The notes beneath the pieces were generated by a model. That model did no database searches and was not told the origin of the DNA. It saw nothing but the letters and a program-made list of their open reading frames with translations. 64,000 nucleotides of DNA from Eledone cirrhosa. Taxonomy: Eukaryota. Positions 57,501 to 64,000 of this stretch are shown here, piece after piece. Where the stretch lies: assembly GCA_964016885.1 (NCBI GenBank), contig OZ024742.1, positions 367,970,001 through 368,034,000 on the forward strand, in the 5' to 3' direction. Within the stretch, counting starts at the first letter, position 1; every line of letters starts with the position of its first letter. The translations under genes were made by a program, and so were the position numbers.

Positions 57501-60500
57501 GTTTACTATGTTGTGTCAGTGAGTGGTTTACTATGTTGTGTCAGTGAGTGGTTTACTATGTTGTGTCAGTGAGTGGTTTACTATGTTATGTCAGTGAGTG
57601 GTTTACTATGTTGTGTCAGTGAGTGGTTTACTATGTTGTGTCAGTGAGTGGTTTACTATGTTGTGTCAGTGAGAGAGTGGTTTACTATGTTGTGTCAATG
57701 AGTGGTTTACTATGTTGTGTCAGTGAGAGAGTGGTTTACTATGTTGTGTCAGTGAGTGATTTACTATGTTGTGTCAGTGAGTGGTTTACTATGTTGTGTC
57801 AGTGAGAGAGTGGTTTACTATGTTGTGTCAGTGAGTGATTTACTATGTTGTGTCAGTGAGTGGTTTACTATGTTGTGTCTGTGAGTGGTTTACTATGTTG
57901 TGTCAGTGAGTGGTTTACTATGTTGTGTCTGTGAGATAGTGGTTTACTATGTTGTGTCAGTGAGTGGTTTACTATGTTGTGTCAGTGAGTGGTTTACTAT
58001 GTTGTGTCAGTGAGAGTGGTTAACTATGTTGTGTCAGTGAGAGAGTGGTTTACTATGTTGTGTCAGTGAGAGAGTGGTTTACTATGTTGTGTCTGTGAGA
58101 GAGTGGTTTACTATGTTGTGTCAGTGAGTGGTTTACTATGTTGTGTCAGTGAGAGAGTGGTTTACTATGTTGTGTCTGTGAGTGGTTTACTATGTTGTGT
58201 CAGTGAGTGGTTTACTATGTTGTGTCAGTGAGTGGTTTACTATGTTGTGTCAGTGAGTGGTTTACTATGTTGTGTCAGTGAGTGGTTTACTATGTTGTGT
58301 CAGTGAGTGATTTACTATGTTGTGTCAGTGAGTGGTTTACTATGTTGTGTCTGTGAGTGGTTTACTATGTTGTGTCAGTGAGTGGTTTACTATGTTGTGT
58401 CTGTGAGAGAGTGGTTTACTATGTTGTGTCAGTGAGTGGTTTACTATGTTGTGTCAGTGAGTGGTTTACTATGTTGTGTCAGTGAGAGAGTGGTTTACTA
58501 TGTTGTGTCAGTGAGAGAGTGGTTTACTATGTTGTGTCAGTGAGAGAGTGGTTTACTATGTTGTGTCTGTGAGAGAGTGGTTTACTCTGTTGTGTCAGTG
58601 AGTGGTTTACTATGTTGTGTCAGTGAGTGGTTTACTATGTTGTGTCAGTGAGAGAGTGGTTTACTATGTTGTGTCTGTGAGTGGTTTACTATGTTGTGTC
58701 AGTGAGTGGTTTACTATGTTGTGTCAGTGAGTGGTTTACTATGTTGTGTCAGTGAGTGGTTTACTATGTTGTGTCAGTGAGTGGTTTACTATGTTGTGTC
58801 AGTGAGTGGTTTACTATGTTGTGTCAGTGAGTGGTTTACTATGTTGTGTCAGTGAGTGGTTTACTATGTTGTGTCAGTGAGTGGTTTACTATGTTGTGTC
58901 AGTCAGAGAGTGGTTTAATATGTTGTGTCAGTGAGTGGTTTACTATGTTGTGTCAGTGAGAGAGTGGTTTAATATGTTGTGTCAGTGAGAGAGTGGTTTA
59001 CTATGTTGTGTCAGTGAGAGAGTGGTTTACTATGTTGTGTCAGTGAGAGAGTGGTTTACTATGTTGTGTCAGTGAGTGGTTTACTATGTTGTGTCAGTGA
59101 GAGAGTGGTTTACTATGTTGTGTCAGTGAGTGGTTTACTATGTTGTGTCAGTGAGTGGTTTACTATGTTGTGTCAGTGAGTGGTTTACTATGTTGTGTCA
59201 GTGAGTGGTTTACTATGTTGTGTCAGTGAGTGGTTTACTATGTTGTGTCAGTGAGAGAGTGGTTTACTATGTTGTGTCAGTGAGTGGTTTACTATGTTGT
59301 GTCAGTGAGTGGTTTACTCTGTTGTGTCAGTGAGTGGTTTACTATGTTGTGTCAGTGAGTGGTTTACTATGTTGTGTCAGTGAGTGGTTTACTATGTTGT
59401 GTCAGTGAGTGGTTTACTATGTTGTGTCAGTGAGTGGTTTACTATGTTGTGTCAGTGAGAGAGTGGTTTACTATGTTGTGTCAATGAGTGGTTTACTATG
59501 TTGTGTCAGCGAGAGAGTGGTTTACTATGTTGTGTCAGTAAGTGATTTACTATGTTGTGTCAGTGAGTGGTTTACTATGTTGTGTCTGTGAGTGGTTTAC
59601 TATGTTGTGTCAGTGAGTGGTTTACTATGTTGTGTCTGTGAGAGAGTGGTTTACTATGTTTTGTCAGTGAGTGGTTTACTATGTTGTGTCAGTGAGTGGT
59701 TTACTATGTTGTGTCAGTGAGAGAGTGGTTTACTATGTTGTGTCAGTGAGAGAGTGGTTTACTATGTTGTGTCAGTGAGAGAGTGGTTTACTATGTTGTG
59801 TCTGTGAGAGAGTGGTTTACTATGTTGTGTCAGTGAGTGGTTTACTATGTTGTGTCAGTGAGTGGTTTACTATGTTGTGTCAGTGAGAGAGTGGTTTACT
59901 ATGTTGTGTCTGTGAGTGGTTTACTATGTTGTGTCAGTGAGTAGTTTACTATGTTGTGTCAGTGAGTGGTTTACTATGTTGTGTCAGTGAGTGGTTTACT
60001 ATGTCGTGTCAGTGAGTGGTTTACTATGTTGTGTCAGTGAGTGGTTTACTATGTTGTGTCAGTGAGTGGTTTACTATGTTGTGTCAGTGAGTGGTTTACT
60101 ATGTTGTGTCAGTGAGAGGGTGGTTTACTATGATGGGTCAGTGAGTGGTTTACTATGTTGTGTCAGTGAGTGGTTTACTATGTTGTGTCAGTGAGAGAGT
60201 GGTTTACTATGTTGTGTCAATGAGTGGTTTACTATGTTGTGTCAGTGAGAGAGTGGTTTACTATGTTGTGTCAGTGAGTGGTTTACTATGTTGTGTCAGT
60301 GAGTGGTTTACTATGTTGTGTCTGTGAGTGGTTTACTATGTTGTGTCAGTGAGTGGTTTACTATGTTGTGTCTGTGAGAGAGTGGTTTACTATGTTGTGT
60401 CAGTAAGTGGTTTACTATGTTGTGTCAGTGAGTGGTTTACTATGTTGTGTCAGTGAGAGAGTGGTTTACTATGTTGTGTCAGTGAGAGAGTGTTTTACTA

Positions 60501-63500
60501 TGTTGTGTCAGTGAGTGGTTTACTATGTTGTGTCAGTGAGTGGTTTACTATGTTGTGTCAGGGAGTGGTTTACTATGTTGTGTCAGTGAGAGAGTGGTTT
60601 ACTATGTTGTGTCAGTGAGTGGTTTACTATGTTGTGTCAGTGAGAGAGTGGTTTACTATGTTGTGTCAGTGAGAGAGTGGTTTACTATGTTGTGTCAGTG
60701 AGAGAGTGGTTTACTATGTTGTGTCAGTGAGTGGTTTACTATGTTGTGTCAGTGAGAGAGTGGTTTACTATGTTGTGTCAGTGAGTGGTTTACTATGTTG
60801 TGTCAGTGAGTTGTTTACTATGTTGTGTCAGTGAGTGGTTTACTATGTTGTGTCAGTGAGTGGTTTACTATGTTGTGTCAGTGAGTGGTTTACTATGTTG
60901 TGTCAGTGAGTGGTTTACTATGTTGTGTCAGTGAGAGAGTGGTTTACTATGTTGTGTCAGTGAGTGGTTTACTATGTTGTGTCAGTGAGTGATTTACTAT
61001 GTTGTGTCAGTGAGTGGTTTACTATGTTGTGTCAGTGAGAGGGTGGTTTACTATGCTGGGTCAGTGAGTGGTTTACTATGTTGTATCAGTGAGTGGTTTA
61101 CTATGTTGTGTCAGTGAGTGGTTTACTATGTTGTGTCAGTGAGTGGTTTACTATGTTGTGTCAGTGAGTGGTTTACTATGTTGTGTCAGTGAGTGGTTTA
61201 CTATGTTGTGTCAGTGAGTGGTTTACTATGTTGTGTCAGTGAGAGAGTGGTTTACTATGTTGTGTCAATGAGTGGTTTACTATGTTGTGTCAGTGAGAGA
61301 GTGGTTTACTATGTTGTGTCAGTGAGTGATTTACTATGTTGTGTCAGTGAGTGGTTTACTATGTTGTGTCTGTGAGTGGTTTACTATGTTGTGTCAGTGA
61401 GTGGTTTACTATGTTGTGTCTGTGAGATAGTGGTTTACTATGTTGTGTCAGTGCGTGGTTTACTATGTTGTGTCAGTGAGTGGTTTACTATGTTGTGTCA
61501 GTGAGAGTGGTTTACTATGTTGTGTCAGTGAGAGAGTGGTTTACTATTTTGTGTCAGTGAGAGAGTGGTTTACTATGTTGTGTCTGTGAGAGAGTGGTTT
61601 ACTATGTTGTGTCAGTGAGTGGTTTACTATGTTGTGTCAGTGAGAGAGTGGTTTACTATGTTGTGTCTGTGAGTGGTTTACTATGTTGTGTCAGTGAGTG
61701 GTTTACTATGTTGTGTCAGTGAGTGGTTTACTATGTTTTGTCAGTGAGTGGTTTACTATGTTGTGTCAGTGAGTGGTTTACTATGTTGTGTCAGTGAGTG
61801 GTTTACTATGTTGTGTCAGTGAGTGGTTTACTATGTTGTGTCAGTGAGTGGTTTACTATGTTGTGTCAGTGAGTGGTTTACTATGTTGTGTCAGTGAGTG
61901 GTTTACTATGTTGTGTCAGTGAGAGGGTGGTTTACTATGCTGGGTCAGTGAGTGGTTTACTATGTTGTGTCAGTGAGTGGTTTACTATGTTGTGTCAGTG
62001 AGAGAGTGGTTTACTATGTTGTGTCAATATGTGGTTTACTATGTTGTGTCAGTGAGAGAGTGGTTTACTATGTTGTGTCAGTGAGTGATTTACTATGTTG
62101 TGTCAGTGAGTGGTTTACTATGTTGTGTCTGTGAGTGGTTTACTATGTTGTGTCAGTGAGTGGTTTACTATGTTGTGTCTGTGAGAGAGTGGTTTACTAT
62201 GTTGTGTCAGTGAGTGGTTTACTATGTTGTGTCAGTGAGTGGTTTACTATGTTGTGTCAGTGAGTGGTTTACTATGTTGTGTCTGTGAGTGGTTTACTAT
62301 GTTGTGTCAGTGAGTGGTTTACTATGTTGTGTCTGTGAGATAGTGGTTTACTATGTTGTGTCAGTGAGTGGTTTACTATGTTGTGTCAGTGAGTGGTTTA
62401 CTATGTTGTGTCAGTGAGAGTGGTTTACTATGTTGTGTCAGTGAGAGAGTGGTTTACTATGTTGTGTCAGTGAGAGAGTGGTTTACTATGTTGTGTCTGT
62501 GAGAGAGTGGTTTACTATGTTGTGTCAGTGAGTGGTTTACTATGTTGTGTCAGTGAGAGAGTGGTTTACTATGTTGTGTCTGTGAGTTGTTTACTATGTT
62601 GTGTCAGTGAGTGGTTTACTATGTTGTGTCAGTGAGTGGTTTACTATGTTGTGTCAGTGAGTGGTTTACTATGTTGTGTCAGTGAGTGGTTTACTATGTT
62701 GTGTCAGTGAGTGGTTTACTATGTTGTGTCAGTGAGTGGTTTACTATGTTGTGTCAGTGAGTGGTTTACTATGTTGTGTCAGTGAGTGGTTTACTATGTT
62801 GTGTCAGTGAGTGGTTTACTATGTTGTGTCAGTGAGAGAGTGGTTTATTATGTTGTGTCAGTGAGAGAGTGGTTTACTATGTTGTGTCAGTGAGTGGTTT
62901 ACTATGTTGTGTCAGTGAGAGAGTGGTTTACTATGTTGTGTCAGTGAGTGGTTTACTATGTTGTGTCAGTGAGTGGTTTACTATGTTGTGTCAGTGAGTG
63001 GTTTACTATGTTGTGTCAGTGAGTCGTTTACTATGTTGTGTCAGTGAGTGGTTTACTATGTTGTGTCAGTGAGAGAGTGGTTTACTATGTTGTGTCTGTG
63101 AGTGGTTTACTATGTTGTGTCAGTGAGTGGTTTACTATGTTGTGTCAGTGAGTGGTTTACTATGTTTTGTTAGTGAGTGGTTTACTATGTTGTGTCAGTG
63201 AGTGGTTTACTATGTTGTGTCAGTGAGTGGTTTACTATGTTGTGTCAGTGAGTGGTTTACTATGTTGTGTCAGTGAGTGGTTTACTATGTTGTGTCAGTG
63301 AGTGGTTTACTATGTTGTGTCAGTGAGAGGGTGGTTTACTATGCTGGGTCAGTGAGTGGTTTACTATGTTGTGTCAGTGAGTGGTTTACTATGTTGTGTC
63401 AGTGAGAGAGTGGTTTACTATGTTGTGTCAATGAGTGGTTTACTATGTTGTGTCAGTGAGAGAGTGGTTTACTATGTTGTGTCAGTGAGTGATTTACTAT

Positions 63501-64000
63501 GTTGTGTCAGTGAGTGGTTTACTATGTTGTGTCTGTGAGTGGTTTACTATGTTGTGTCAGTGAGTGGTTTACTATGTTGTGTCTGTGAGAGAGTGGTTTA
63601 CTATGTTGTGTCAGTGAGTGGTTTACTATGTTGTGTCAGTGAGTGGTTTACTATGTTGTGTCAGTGAGAGAGTGGTTTACTATGTTGTGTCAGTGAGAGA
63701 GTGGTTTACTATGTTGTGTCAGTGAGAGAGTGGTTTACTATGTTGTGTCTGTGAGAGAGTGGTTTACTATGTTGTGTCAGTGAGTGGTTTACTATGTTGT
63801 GTCAGTGAGTGGTTTACTATGTTGTGTCAGTGAGAGAGTGGTTTACTATGTTGTGTCTGTGAGTGGTTTACTATGTTGTGTCAGTGAGTGGTTTACTATG
63901 TTGTGTCAGTGAGTGGTTTACTATGTTGTGTCAGTGAGTGGTTTACTATGTTGTGTCAGTGAGTGGTTTACTATGTTGTGTCAGTGAGTGGTTTACTATG
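42521..64000. repeat. Tandem satellite, 25-bp monomer GTCAGTGAGTGGTTTACTATGTTGT with 27- and 29-bp (extra GA) variants and higher-order repeats
   Basis: More than 21 kb of uninterrupted array running off the right edge; variant monomers recur in ordered blocks. Confidence 0.98.

Noticed and set aside
42521-64000. CRISPR-like or coding interpretation of the 25-bp array and its 60-aa ORFs
   Set aside because: No unique spacers and no cas genes; the ORFs are repeat translations

Overview
Eukaryotic, AT-rich, repeat-saturated region with no recognisable host gene. The SINE types suggest a cephalopod such as an octopus (inference). Positions 1-6.2 kb are a compound GTT/GGT/AGT triplet minisatellite. 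Positions 6.2-42.5 kb are a cluster of retroelements, almost all inserted in (TA)n microsatellites: two near-complete copies of one Penelope-like element (PLE; RT plus C-terminal GIY-YIG, pseudo-LTRs), two decayed Neptune-like PLEs, a further PLE family with a 5' inversion and a ~70-aa insertion between RT motifs A and B', an intact young Ty3/Gypsy LTR element, internally deleted RTE-like elements and tRNA-type SINEs. Positions 42.5-64 kb are a 25-bp satellite with higher-order structure. The most striking signal is RNA-level: several type I hammerhead ribozyme (HHR) folds from different families. These include a non-coding 426-bp terminally redundant retrozyme-like unit, an extended HHR fold with a non-canonical CAGAAGA core fixed in five copies, a recurrent U.U pair at the base of helix II, and DNA palindromes centred on HHR parts. 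All calls were made by eye; no searches or folding programs were run.
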